Virus record (IMG/VR): IMGVR_UViG_3300031949_000611
Coordinates: 1-35,745 of that record
Origin: a virus
Taxonomy: Duplodnaviria; Caudoviricetes
DNA length: 35,745 bases
Strand: one strand, 5' to 3'
Shown here: positions 8,314 to 17,598 of the stretch, piece by piece
Position numbering within the stretch: the stretch's first letter is position 1
Layout: every line of letters starts with the position of its first letter
Notes under the pieces: model-generated
What the model saw: only the letters and a program-made list of their open reading frames with translations
What the model was told of the DNA's origin: nothing
Databases searched by the model: none
Position numbers and translations under genes: made by a program

Positions 8314-10763
8314 GTACTCCTAAATGCCGCGACATGATGTTCGCCTTGCGCACCGTTCGCTGCCTGGACACTGACCGTGTTCAGGCCAGGAAGGATACCG
8401 AGCCAGGGATCGTTCACTGCCTCGATGGTCTGGCGAATATCGTCACCGTTGTCGTCGTCCGTGACGGTGCGCGCCTTCACGTCAATGGTCACCGTCTGCG
8501 ACTGTGCATCCGCCCATCGCTTGAGAAAGCGCAATGTCATCACGTCCGCGCCTCGTGTCCAGGTTGTCTCGTAGTAGTACGCATCTTCCTCTGCGCGCGG
8601 GTCAACGATAGGCGTCCGCGCTGGGTCGAAGACAATCGTGATGTCGTCGATGAGCAATTCTTCGCCCGTACGCTCAGTCTCTACCGCTTCTTGCTGATTG
8701 TCCGAAGTGACGCTGAGGAGGGCGAACCATAGGTCTTCGTCTGCAACCTCGTCATAGGTCGTGCCATTGAACTCCCAGTGCGAGCCGCGCGCATAGATCG
8801 ACCCGCCACTGCGCACAGTGACGATGTTCCCCGTTCCCGCCTGCTCGAAGATGCCGAGGAAGAAGTCGCCTGCGGGGATCACGGGGATGTCAGTCGTGAA
8901 CGCCGCCGAAGGAGTCGGGAAGAAACACACCTGCCTGAGCACTGCCCCTAGCCCGCCAGCGCCAGAGAATGGCCCCGCCAGCCGCGCTCCTGGCTGATCG
9001 TCCTCGGAACGGTTGATTTGCATCTGAAGAGCAACAGTTCCCGCTGCCTGATGGCGAGCACGCGCGACGAGACCGACTAGCTGCGTGTCTTCGTCAAGCC
9101 GGAATCCTTGGAGATCAAGACCGACACCACTCTCCAGGTCTTCCTCGAACGTGTCGCCTGGGCGGCAGGTCGTTACGATAATCTGCTTGGCTCTGAAGAT
9201 CACGGCGCTCAAGATGCCTGGAGGCGTCTCTTGCTGATTCGTGTAGGTACTGGGGAAGAAGTGAGCAGCAGCAGTCTCATGCTTGAGCCGATTGAAGATC
9301 ACTGTATCGAGACCGAGGAGGTCACGCCCGATGATCTGGAAGCAGAAGGGCCAACCAAGGTCTGCGTCATACTCAATAGCGCCCAGAACATCGTCCACGC
9401 CGCAGCAGGCCGTGAACTCCAGTGCATCGTAGTTCGGACGCGCAGCAGACGGCTCAACATCAGCGAAACGTATGCGGCTCGCGGATGTGTCGAGTGCCGT
9501 CTTCGCAGCGAGCCTGTTGCGTCGCAGTTCAGGCACATCCTCGCGCCCGTTGTAGAGGATGCGACGCCAGCCACCCGCGCGCCTGTTCCCCTCAGCCCAG
9601 ACCGCGCCCGCCGTCGGCCAGAACCATTGCGCATTCGTCGAGATCGTGAGATCGATCAGAGGAGGGTCGGGATTTGTTGGGCGTATCGCCACACCCGCTG
9701 TTCGCCCCCATGCAATCTGGATATGATGCCCCGACTTGTAGATACTCGCCCCAGCGAGGGCCGCACCTGCTGTCGTGTTACGTTCGCTCCGCGTGACCGT
9801 GACGAACTCACCGTCCACAGACGAGACTCGCGCTTCCTCAAACGCTGGTGAGGTGTTTGCCCAGGCAAGATAGTCGCCCTCAGCAAAACCGTGATCGCGT
9901 GTGCGGAACTCAAACACGAGCGTCCCGGCTGCGATATCTACTGCAAGTTCTGCATGTTGCGCAGGAGCATCAGAGATTTCGATCCAGACCTTCGTTGTAG
10001 CTGTGTTGAAACCTACAATGCTCACCTTCTCAGGAGGAACCTGCACCTCGTCAACGAACACCGCGATATCACGTCCATCGGCAGCAGCGTGAAATTGCCC
10101 AATAATTGCAGCCGTATCCCAGGCGCTCTTGACCATGAGCATCCATGTCCCGCTACCTGGCCCCGTGAGAGAGAACTCCGAGCGGTTCGTGTAGGAGACT
10201 TCCATCATGCGCGTATAGCCTTCGGCTGCGAGCTTCTTCACGTCGGCGCGCGCCGTGAATGTCGGGAGCGCGCGGTAGTTGCCGATGTTTCGCAGCGAAA
10301 GCGTGATAGGGTTCGTCGGCACAAGATCGATATCGTCTTCGGCGCTCGTGAGCGTGTTGTCTTCGAGAATCGGCTCAGCCGCCCAGAGCGGCACAGTCAC
10401 TTCGCGATCGTTGTTGTGATTCTCGTAGATGATCTGCTGCGCGATGCACACGAGGCGCTTGAGGCGGTCGTCGCAGTCTTCGACGAGGAGCGTCTGCTGA
10501 CCGAGGCGCTGATCGAATATCTTGGCGAGCGCATCGTACTGTCCTTCGGTATCGGGCGACTTGAGGACGAACTTCAGCGGCAGCGTCTTGCCCTGCGGCT
10601 GCTCGCGAGCGTGCGAAGGGAATGACCCGATGCGCTCGACTGCGACGGGCTCATGGCGCGGCGAGTCAAACGGCCCGCCGTCTGTATCGAAGAATGCGCG
10701 ACGGCCCTTTGTCGTCAGACCGACGCCGCCAAACGTGATAGGGATAACGAACCTTCTAGGCAT
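8304..10763 (-). CDS. Distal tail protein (Dit) with large inserted domains
   Basis: Directly after tape measure. N-terminal LPLKFVL...VPLWAAEP...NIGNYRALPTF and C-terminal VTIDV...WLGILPGLNTVSV...FRSTWV are Dit-like ends that bracket a ~550-aa insertion. Confidence 0.7.
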   Translation of the reverse strand: MPRRFVIPITFGGVGLTTKGRRAFFDTDGGPFDSPRHEPVAVERIGSFPSHAREQPQGKTLPLKFVLKSPDTEGQYDALAKIFDQRLGQQTLLVEDCDDRLKRLVCIAQQIIYENHNNDREVTVPLWAAEPILEDNTLTSAEDDIDLVPTNPITLSLRNIGNYRALPTFTARADVKKLAAEGYTRMMEVSYTNRSEFSLTGPGSGTWMLMVKSAWDTAAIIGQFHAAADGRDIAVFVDEVQVPPEKVSIVGFNTATTKVWIEISDAPAQHAELAVDIAAGTLVFEFRTRDHGFAEGDYLAWANTSPAFEEARVSSVDGEFVTVTRSERNTTAGAALAGASIYKSGHHIQIAWGRTAGVAIRPTNPDPPLIDLTISTNAQWFWPTAGAVWAEGNRRAGGWRRILYNGREDVPELRRNRLAAKTALDTSASRIRFADVEPSAARPNYDALEFTACCGVDDVLGAIEYDADLGWPFCFQIIGRDLLGLDTVIFNRLKHETAAAHFFPSTYTNQQETPPGILSAVIFRAKQIIVTTCRPGDTFEEDLESGVGLDLQGFRLDEDTQLVGLVARARHQAAGTVALQMQINRSEDDQPGARLAGPFSGAGGLGAVLRQVCFFPTPSAAFTTDIPVIPAGDFFLGIFEQAGTGNIVTVRSGGSIYARGSHWEFNGTTYDEVADEDLWFALLSVTSDNQQEAVETERTGEELLIDDITIVFDPARTPIVDPRAEEDAYYYETTWTRGADVMTLRFLKRWADAQSQTVTIDVKARTVTDDDNGDDIRQTIEAVNDPWLGILPGLNTVSVQAANGAQGEHHVAAFRSTWV

Positions 10764-13628
10764 CTACGCTGCTCCTAGCGCGCGGCGCATACTGCGCATG
10801 ATTGCGACATCTTGCCGGTCTGCCATGACTGTGACGCTCCCGTAGTTGCGGAACCCACTCGCACCGCCTCCCAGCCCGCCCAAGCCTCCAAGCGCAGCAG
10901 CGATCCCATCGAGTCCATTGTCTCGCAGCGGGACGACGATCTCAGGCCCGTGAAGCGTTGCCATCGTCGCTCGCCCTGCAGGGACGAACCCGCCTTGCTG
11001 GAGGTTGGCAGTCGGGAAGAGCGACGCTGGCCCGTGTGTCTGCTGGAACTTGTCGATAGCCTCACCGATGTTCGACGGCTTCCCCGCGAGGAAGCGCAAC
11101 AGGTCGAGCGCGGCCTCGGACGCGCCGATATCAAAGAGGCGCTCCACCTGGCTGATCTCGACCGCGCCCGCTTCGAGGATGTCGATGAGTATCTTCCACT
11201 GCTCGCCCATCTGATCAGCCTTCGCCGAGAGCCCACTGACAATACTCGCCGCTGCGTCGATCATACCCTTCTCTAAGAAGTGCAGCGCGTCGAGCACCGT
11301 CACCGTTCCTTCAAGGATGCCTTTATCAATGGCGCGCATCCAGTCGCGCGCACCCTTCAACCAGATACTCTCGATCTCTTCGACGGCGTCTTCTGTAGTG
11401 TCGGTGAGCCCACCGAGGTCAAGTCCTCCAACGCCCGCACCGACACCTGCGCCCGCTCCAGCAGCAGCCGCAGTCTCAGCCTCGCGGATACCTGTTATCG
11501 CCTTCGAGAGAGCAGCGACGTTCGCGATCACTTGAGCGAAGTTCGCGCCTGCAGTCAGGAGTGTTGATTCTGCGAACTTCGCTATTGCAGCAGCGGTCGC
11601 AGCTTGCGTAGCAGCGAACACCATACGAGCGGCGAACACTGCAACGGGAACGCCTGCCTCCTCCGCCGCATTTGCAATAAGCTGAAGCGTGTTCGGGATC
11701 GGACTCAAGGCATTGACATAGAGAAGCGTACTGTTTGTTGCCTCGAAGACCTCGTTACGGAAGTCGATAATCCCTTGATTGGTCGTCGGCAGCCCACGTC
11801 TGAGCGCCTCTTCTTCAGCTTGTGCATTTGCGAATGCGAAGGCCCACCGCGTTAGGCCCTGCTCACCATCTTGTATAGCCACAGCGAGAGACTGTTGGTT
11901 GTCTTCGAGGAGGCGATGCGTAGAGGCCAGCTGCTCCTCGCTGAGCTTCTGGTCGAGGAGCGCCTTTGTCGTTTCCCTAACTCGCTCCTCAAGCGCCTCA
12001 TCAGAATCCGCAATCTTCCCCAAGAACTCCGACGCCGCTGTCTCATCCCCGCCCGTAAGGAAGTCAAGAAATCCCTTCGCTCCCGCTGCCACTTTCGCAG
12101 GGCCAACCGATGCCGCAAGGGCCAGCTCCTCGATCTTGAGACGCGCTTCGAGCGCACTCGTGCCGAGGTCATCTACGTTACTGCGCAGCAGCTCGACAGC
12201 GGCAATCGTCGCTGCCAAGGCAACAACCACCGTGCCTGTTGGGCCGAATACAAGAAACGCCACGCCAGCAGCGGCAGCTGCAAGTGCGAGCTTTTCAATC
12301 GGATCGGGGATCACTTCATGTAGAAGTCGAACAAGGTCTGCTAGTGCCTCAGCTAGCGTCCGTACATCTTCTGCCAATAGCTGCGTCGCGGGAAGGAAGT
12401 CATCCCACACCTCCCCTGCCGAGTCAGCTATCGCAGACACTAACGTATCGAACTTTGCGAACAGGAGGTTGAGCTGATCGAGCGTGACAGCAACCGCCGG
12501 AAGGATTTTCGTGCCGAGTTCGACCATCTCGACCTTGAGATTATTGAGTGCCTTGCGGAACTTGAAGTTCGTTGTGTTGGACGCCGCGTTGAATGCCTGA
12601 TCGAGAAAGGTCGTATCCGTAGAGAGGTCTTCTAGAATACGCCGTGTCGCGTCTCCTTGCGAACCGAACGCTCCTAATGCACCAATCAATCCTCTGATGT
12701 CGGGGAAAAGTTCCGCAATGATCGCATCATTCTCGCCGATAACACTGAAGAGGCGAGTCATTGCCCCGACGAAGTTCTGATCAATCTCCTTGCGGAAGTT
12801 CTCGATCTGGAGCCCGCTATCTCCAGTTGCCTCTGCTAATGCATCAAAGAGTTCCTTGGATTGATCTGTTGGCGCGATCAGCTGCGACAGCACGCCTTTG
12901 AGTGCGGTAACAGCATTGTCGGCGTTGAGCCCAATGTTAGTCAGAGTCGCCAGCACAGCTCCGAGCTGCTCAAACTCGACGCCCATCTGAGCGGCGAGTG
13001 GGATAATGAACCCGAGGGAATTAGCAAGCTCTTCCGGAGCCCCCGCACCTTTGCGCACTGTACCAACGAGCGTATTGATGACCTTATCAACATCCTGCAC
13101 TGACAGACCGTAAGCGTTCATAATCGCGGTCGTTGTGCGTGCGACTGTCTGCGTATCACCCAGACCAGATACGGCTGCTTTCGAGCTAAGCTCAAGGACG
13201 CGCATTGCCGTCGCCGTGTCGCTGATACCGCTCGACAGAATGAAATACGCGCCCGCACCAAGCTCGTCTGGACTGAGACCGATCTCCTTCGAGAGCGTGA
13301 TGATGTCCTCTCGGAGACCGGCGATAGCTTCGCGCGGCGTGTCAGTCAAGCCCGCAATGCGCGAAAGTGTTTGCTCGAAATCCGCAGCAAACTTCGCTGC
13401 TGGAACAGCAAGCGCAGTAACCGCTACTGCTCCTGCGGCAAATGCGCCTGTCATAGATAGACCGAAGCGAGACATGCCTCCCGAGAGCTTCCCCGCACGG
13501 AAGTTCAGGTTGGCCATATCGTCGAGGATGCCCTTATTTGACTGCTTGATCCGGCCCGCATTGCGAGCGTAATCGGCAGCGCCCTTCAGAACAGCCTGGA
13601 ACCCGACTTCTTCAAGACGGCCAGGCAT
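10764..13628 (-). CDS. Tape measure protein (TP901-type core), 954 aa
   Basis: Long Ala/Leu-rich helical ORF with AAKFAADFEQTL...SPDELGAGAYFILSSG...GLNADNAVTALK and a C-terminal QQGGFV...LHGPEIVVPL motif; follows the chaperone genes. Confidence 0.93.
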   Translation of the reverse strand: MPGRLEEVGFQAVLKGAADYARNAGRIKQSNKGILDDMANLNFRAGKLSGGMSRFGLSMTGAFAAGAVAVTALAVPAAKFAADFEQTLSRIAGLTDTPREAIAGLREDIITLSKEIGLSPDELGAGAYFILSSGISDTATAMRVLELSSKAAVSGLGDTQTVARTTTAIMNAYGLSVQDVDKVINTLVGTVRKGAGAPEELANSLGFIIPLAAQMGVEFEQLGAVLATLTNIGLNADNAVTALKGVLSQLIAPTDQSKELFDALAEATGDSGLQIENFRKEIDQNFVGAMTRLFSVIGENDAIIAELFPDIRGLIGALGAFGSQGDATRRILEDLSTDTTFLDQAFNAASNTTNFKFRKALNNLKVEMVELGTKILPAVAVTLDQLNLLFAKFDTLVSAIADSAGEVWDDFLPATQLLAEDVRTLAEALADLVRLLHEVIPDPIEKLALAAAAAGVAFLVFGPTGTVVVALAATIAAVELLRSNVDDLGTSALEARLKIEELALAASVGPAKVAAGAKGFLDFLTGGDETAASEFLGKIADSDEALEERVRETTKALLDQKLSEEQLASTHRLLEDNQQSLAVAIQDGEQGLTRWAFAFANAQAEEEALRRGLPTTNQGIIDFRNEVFEATNSTLLYVNALSPIPNTLQLIANAAEEAGVPVAVFAARMVFAATQAATAAAIAKFAESTLLTAGANFAQVIANVAALSKAITGIREAETAAAAGAGAGVGAGVGGLDLGGLTDTTEDAVEEIESIWLKGARDWMRAIDKGILEGTVTVLDALHFLEKGMIDAAASIVSGLSAKADQMGEQWKILIDILEAGAVEISQVERLFDIGASEAALDLLRFLAGKPSNIGEAIDKFQQTHGPASLFPTANLQQGGFVPAGRATMATLHGPEIVVPLRDNGLDGIAAALGGLGGLGGGASGFRNYGSVTVMADRQDVAIMRSMRRALGAA

Positions 13629-13930
13629 CAGCGGTGCTTCGCCTTTTGCTTGATCGCGTCAGACATTGCTTCCTCTGTGTGCATATCGATAACTAGGCGG
13701 AGACGATGATAGGCAACTGCGTCAACCCTTTCTCGGTACTCAATCGCCCTCCACTCTGTCCAGGTGTATCCACTGAAGCGGGCAGCGTCTCGTTCATCAA
13801 GTTCAGGAACGAGACCTGCGACGAGAGCCCGCGCCCGTATTCCCGTTCTTACTGCTTCGCGCAACTCCAGGCTTTCTATCGGTTCGCCGTTCCTCTCGAT
13901 TGCGAAAGGTACGGACGGCAGCGTCCACAT
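13628..13930 (-). CDS. Tail assembly chaperone frameshift extension (gpT-like)
   Basis: Overlaps the chaperone ORF by 128 nt in the +1 frame and ends in a TGATG overlap with tape measure; AARFSGYTWTEW...ER motif. Probably entered by frameshift near 13905. Confidence 0.7.
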   Translation of the reverse strand: MWTLPSVPFAIERNGEPIESLELREAVRTGIRARALVAGLVPELDERDAARFSGYTWTEWRAIEYRERVDAVAYHRLRLVIDMHTEEAMSDAIKQKAKHR

Positions 13931-14468
13931 CCTCCTCTGAAATGTTTCCGCTCACGCGTACCACGCCGCGCTGGAGGCTGAGCAAGTCGAGATCACCCCC
14001 GCAGGCATAGAAGCGAATCCACAAGAGGTAGCGCCCATCTTCAGAATCCGCTTCTGTCGCAATGCCTATAAGACGCATACGATCAAGCCACCGCGTATCT
14101 TCAGGGCGATCCATCCCGTCGGGGACGCTCGCGATCTCAGTACCGAACAGGAGCATCGCATTCATCCCTGCTAGGCCCAGCTTCTCACCCCATTGTTTGC
14201 GCTCTTCTGCGTAGTCGGGATCGTTCGGGTTAGCTTCAGTCCGTTCCTTATCTTTAAGGAAGATCATCGGAGGCTCAGGTTCTGGCATACGAGCCATCAT
14301 CTCAGAAAAGATGAGCCGAGACACCGGCTTGCAACGGATCACAATGCCGGTGCTCAGCGTCACCAGATCAGTCTGCTCAGACTGCGCATCACGAGTGCGC
14401 TTCTCCTTCGCAAGAACCACGGTCTCATCATGCGCCTCGTCAGCGATACTCTTCTTAGCCGCTGCCAT
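13803..14468 (-). CDS. Tail assembly chaperone (gpG-like)
   Basis: Lies between tail tube and tape measure; AAGGAG SD; low-complexity basic tail after ...VRTFR. Confidence 0.75.
   Translation of the reverse strand: MAAAKKSIADEAHDETVVLAKEKRTRDAQSEQTDLVTLSTGIVIRCKPVSRLIFSEMMARMPEPEPPMIFLKDKERTEANPNDPDYAEERKQWGEKLGLAGMNAMLLFGTEIASVPDGMDRPEDTRWLDRMRLIGIATEADSEDGRYLLWIRFYACGGDLDLLSLQRGVVRVSGNISEEDVDAAVRTFRNREERRTDRKPGVARSSKNGNTGAGSRRRSRS
13902..13910 (-). promoter_or_regulatory. Candidate +1 ribosomal frameshift site ACC_TTT_CGC
   Basis: In the chaperone frame it reads T-F-R. A +1 slip (TTT to TTC, both Phe) enters the 13628 ORF as F-A-I-E-R. Confidence 0.55.
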
Positions 14469-14501
14469 ACTCTATACTCCTTACCGTTCGCGTCTCCTGA
14501 A

Positions 14502-16010
14502 CTATGCTCCCTTGACGATGACTCCGTCCGCCGCGTCGTCCGCAAGACCTGCGCCGTAGACGATGTTCACGTCCTCGCCGCAAGCGGCGATGGCGTTGAT
14601 GCGGTCGTTCGCGGGAATCGAGCCGACCGTCTCCGGCAAGACATACCAGCTTGCGCCTCCGTCGATGGTGCGGAGGATTCGCCCTACCGGTGTCGCCGTG
14701 TCGTGCGCGAGATAGCCAACTGTCGGCGTAGCAAACTGGATATCCCGCACAACGCCTGCACCAGAACCTGGGAATGCCTTCTCCGTCCAGGTGTCGCCCG
14801 CGTCTCGGGTGTAGTAGAGCCGCCCGCCCGCAGTTCCGACGAACCACTCTTCCTCAGAGCGCATCCAAATAGCATTGAGGGCAACGCCGACAGCAGGGCC
14901 GACGACGAGCGACCAAGTGTCGCCGCCGTTCGCCGTCACGAGAACGACGTTGAGATTCCCGACAGCGACGACGTTCAGCTCGTCAAGCCCGTGGATTGCG
15001 TTGAGGTTCTGAGCCGTCAGGCTTCCCGAAAGCTGCGCAACTGCAGTCGCCGTGATGTCGTTATAGAAGTAGATGTATCCGCCGTCTCCGACGACGAACG
15101 TATGCGCAGAGCCTGCGCTGAAGATATCGTTTGGCGCGCCTGCTGGACACACAAGGCCGCTGGCGTTCTCAACCCACGTCTCCGTCCCCGCGAGGATATC
15201 GAGGATCGTTGCGTAGTGGATCGAGCAGGACTCGTTCGACACGACCGCGAGCCGTGTCCCGACGCACGAGAGCGCCGATGGGTCTTCGTTCGCCCCGATC
15301 GTGTCGATGTTCGTCTGGCCCATCGTTGACCCGCCATTCTCGGAGTAGAGGACTTCTGCGGGAAGACCAGGGGAACCCCCGCTGGAGAGCGTCACAGCGA
15401 AGATCACCTGGCAGCCGTCGGACTGAATACCGCAGGCCCCGCAAGTAATCCGGTCGCAGATCATAATGTCTACGACTTCCTGCACCGCCTCAGCCTCGCC
15501 TAGCTCGGTGAACGTGAGCTTGACGATCTCATACATGTCGAGCGCCTGGAGGTCAGGGGTCTCGTTGATGACCGCGTCCTGCCCCTGCTCCAATGCGCCG
15601 AGTTCGCCCGTCGCCCAGTTTGTGATCCCCGCATTCTCGAAGACGAGAATCTTATCCCAGCCGCCGTTGAAGTCGCGCGGGTCTTGACACTTACCCATGT
15701 GCACCTGGAGGTCGAGCGGACAGCCGATGCGCGCGAGCCTGAGGAACTCACTCTTCGTATACTGGTAGCGCACCTCTACGCTCATCGTCGGGAGCCCGCG
15801 CTCCCCCTGAATCGAATCAACGATTCTGAATGCTCCGTACCTGTTCGGGTCGGCTTCGCGAACGGGCGTCCTGTCGCCCAACGACCAGCTCGGCCCCAAC
15901 GGACGGGCCTGGCCCTGATAGACCGGCGTATTCGCTGGCCCCGCGAGGTTCTCAATCGAGAAGAGCCGTGTGAACGGTGTCTTAACGGTTTGACTCCTAC
16001 TCTGAGTCAT
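14502..16010 (-). CDS. Major tail (tube) protein with C-terminal Asp-box/BNR beta-propeller
   Basis: Immediately upstream of the chaperone. A ~165-aa tube-like N-domain is followed by Asp-box repeats (YSENGGSTM, TANGGDTW, YTRDAGDTW, RTIDGGASW), as in YCF48-like propellers. Confidence 0.7.
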   Translation of the reverse strand: MTQSRSQTVKTPFTRLFSIENLAGPANTPVYQGQARPLGPSWSLGDRTPVREADPNRYGAFRIVDSIQGERGLPTMSVEVRYQYTKSEFLRLARIGCPLDLQVHMGKCQDPRDFNGGWDKILVFENAGITNWATGELGALEQGQDAVINETPDLQALDMYEIVKLTFTELGEAEAVQEVVDIMICDRITCGACGIQSDGCQVIFAVTLSSGGSPGLPAEVLYSENGGSTMGQTNIDTIGANEDPSALSCVGTRLAVVSNESCSIHYATILDILAGTETWVENASGLVCPAGAPNDIFSAGSAHTFVVGDGGYIYFYNDITATAVAQLSGSLTAQNLNAIHGLDELNVVAVGNLNVVLVTANGGDTWSLVVGPAVGVALNAIWMRSEEEWFVGTAGGRLYYTRDAGDTWTEKAFPGSGAGVVRDIQFATPTVGYLAHDTATPVGRILRTIDGGASWYVLPETVGSIPANDRINAIAACGEDVNIVYGAGLADDAADGVIVKGA

Positions 16011-16369
16011 AGTGTAGTAATCGCCTCCTTCTTCCTGCGCCGTGTAGGCGGAGGTGACGCGATGACGGGTTCCTTAACTTCTTCTGCTTCTGAATAGACC
16101 AACAATACTGCTTGCATACTCATCTTGAATGCCGCTTGCACAGCTCCGAGGACATCTGTGCGGCGCGCGAGGGCGTCGCGATTCGTGAAGAGCCTTCGCT
16201 CGAAGAGCTGGTTGTGCAAGCGCACTTCCACATCAAGCGACAAGCCGAGACTATCGAGCGGAGGCGGGCCGATAGGGATGCCTTGCGCCGCCGCCTCGTC
16301 CGGTACGCCGTCAGGCAGCAGCACCGCCCACTTGCGCCCCAGATCGTCCTTATATGTCGTCTGCCTCAT
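16007..16369 (-). CDS. Hypothetical head-tail region protein (120 aa)
   Basis: ATGA-coupled on both sides. Confidence 0.7.
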   Translation of the reverse strand: MRQTTYKDDLGRKWAVLLPDGVPDEAAAQGIPIGPPPLDSLGLSLDVEVRLHNQLFERRLFTNRDALARRTDVLGAVQAAFKMSMQAVLLVYSEAEEVKEPVIASPPPTRRRKKEAITTL

Positions 16370-17598
16370 GCTAAGATCGCCTCACCAACGGAATCACGCG
16401 ATCCGATAACACGCCGCCATGCATGTACAGCACCGTACTTCGTGCCGAACGGGTTGTCTAGGTCGGCCCGTGAGACGCTCAAGCCTTCTTCGCCCGAGAC
16501 CGCGAGATCACGCCGCCAATGTTCGATCCAGGCGTGGACGTTGTTGCACTCGCACAGCGGGCGATCCAGAAGAGCCGCTGCGTAGTACGCGACGACGCGC
16601 TCCCACTCAGCGGGCATGCCTCGTTCCGGACATGCCATACGCATGTCGCGCAACCCCGCGTAGTACCAGAGCCTGGCGAGGTCAGGTTGGCGAGGGAGCT
16701 GCCATCCGAATGGAGTGAACGTCTCTGTCGCAGCATCCCATTCGCCAGGCTGAAACGCAACCATCGAGTTCCTCGGATCACCACGAGCACGAAGACAGCC
16801 GGTCTGGACTTGATATGCGCATTGTCCGCACCCTCCGCCGTCGCATGTTCCGCACATCGAGAAGGGTTCCCAGAGAAACGTCGCCTGTTGTGAGGGGTCA
16901 TTCTCCTTCCTGTAGATGTCTACGGTCGTGAGGAAGTTGGCGTTATCTGTGCCGTCTACTGCGTCCGCGTCGAACGCCTCGTACAGTTCATTGAGAACGG
17001 CCAGCTCACGCCGGAACGTGATCGTCGCAACACCCGCCACGATGCTTACATCGACGGGCCTAATCTCAAAGGCATCATCGCCGCCCTCGTTAGGATAGTA
17101 TGCGTAGACCTCGCACGGATTAGTGAACGAGACGGGCGAGGTTGATGTCGCCGTCTCGAAGTAGCCATCTCCGTCAAGGTCCGTGTAAACGATGGCCGAC
17201 GCCGCTTCGATGAGCGTCTTGAGCTGAACACCGCCCGAGACGAAGTGCTTCCAATTCGCCTCGACGACCTGCTCGTACCCGCGTATGTCCTTGGAGTTGC
17301 TATTCAGTAGCTCGGGCTTGTATGGGCGGATCGTCGGACGCCATTCGTCAACCTCCCAAGACGGGGCGAGGCGGGCGCGCAGATAACGCTCCAGGTCGGC
17401 TTCGGCCTGCGCGATAGCGACGGCCAGGTCTTCGCGACCGATACGGTCAGCCGCCTGCCAGGGATGCTGAAGCCACGGCTGCGCACAGACAGTCGGAGGC
17501 ATGTCAGGGATGATCACTTGCGCCGCGTGTAAGGGGTGTATCCCCATTATTTGAAACCACCTGGCCAGGGAAAGTTTAGTTACGGTGCTCGAGCGCAT
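16366..17598 (-). CDS. Putative head-tail connector/adaptor protein, Cys-rich
   Basis: Position, plus LAVAIAQAEADLERYL and LARLWYYAG adaptor-like segments; CGTCDGGGCGQC cluster. Confidence 0.55.
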   Translation of the reverse strand: MRSSTVTKLSLARWFQIMGIHPLHAAQVIIPDMPPTVCAQPWLQHPWQAADRIGREDLAVAIAQAEADLERYLRARLAPSWEVDEWRPTIRPYKPELLNSNSKDIRGYEQVVEANWKHFVSGGVQLKTLIEAASAIVYTDLDGDGYFETATSTSPVSFTNPCEVYAYYPNEGGDDAFEIRPVDVSIVAGVATITFRRELAVLNELYEAFDADAVDGTDNANFLTTVDIYRKENDPSQQATFLWEPFSMCGTCDGGGCGQCAYQVQTGCLRARGDPRNSMVAFQPGEWDAATETFTPFGWQLPRQPDLARLWYYAGLRDMRMACPERGMPAEWERVVAYYAAALLDRPLCECNNVHAWIEHWRRDLAVSGEEGLSVSRADLDNPFGTKYGAVHAWRRVIGSRDSVGEAILA

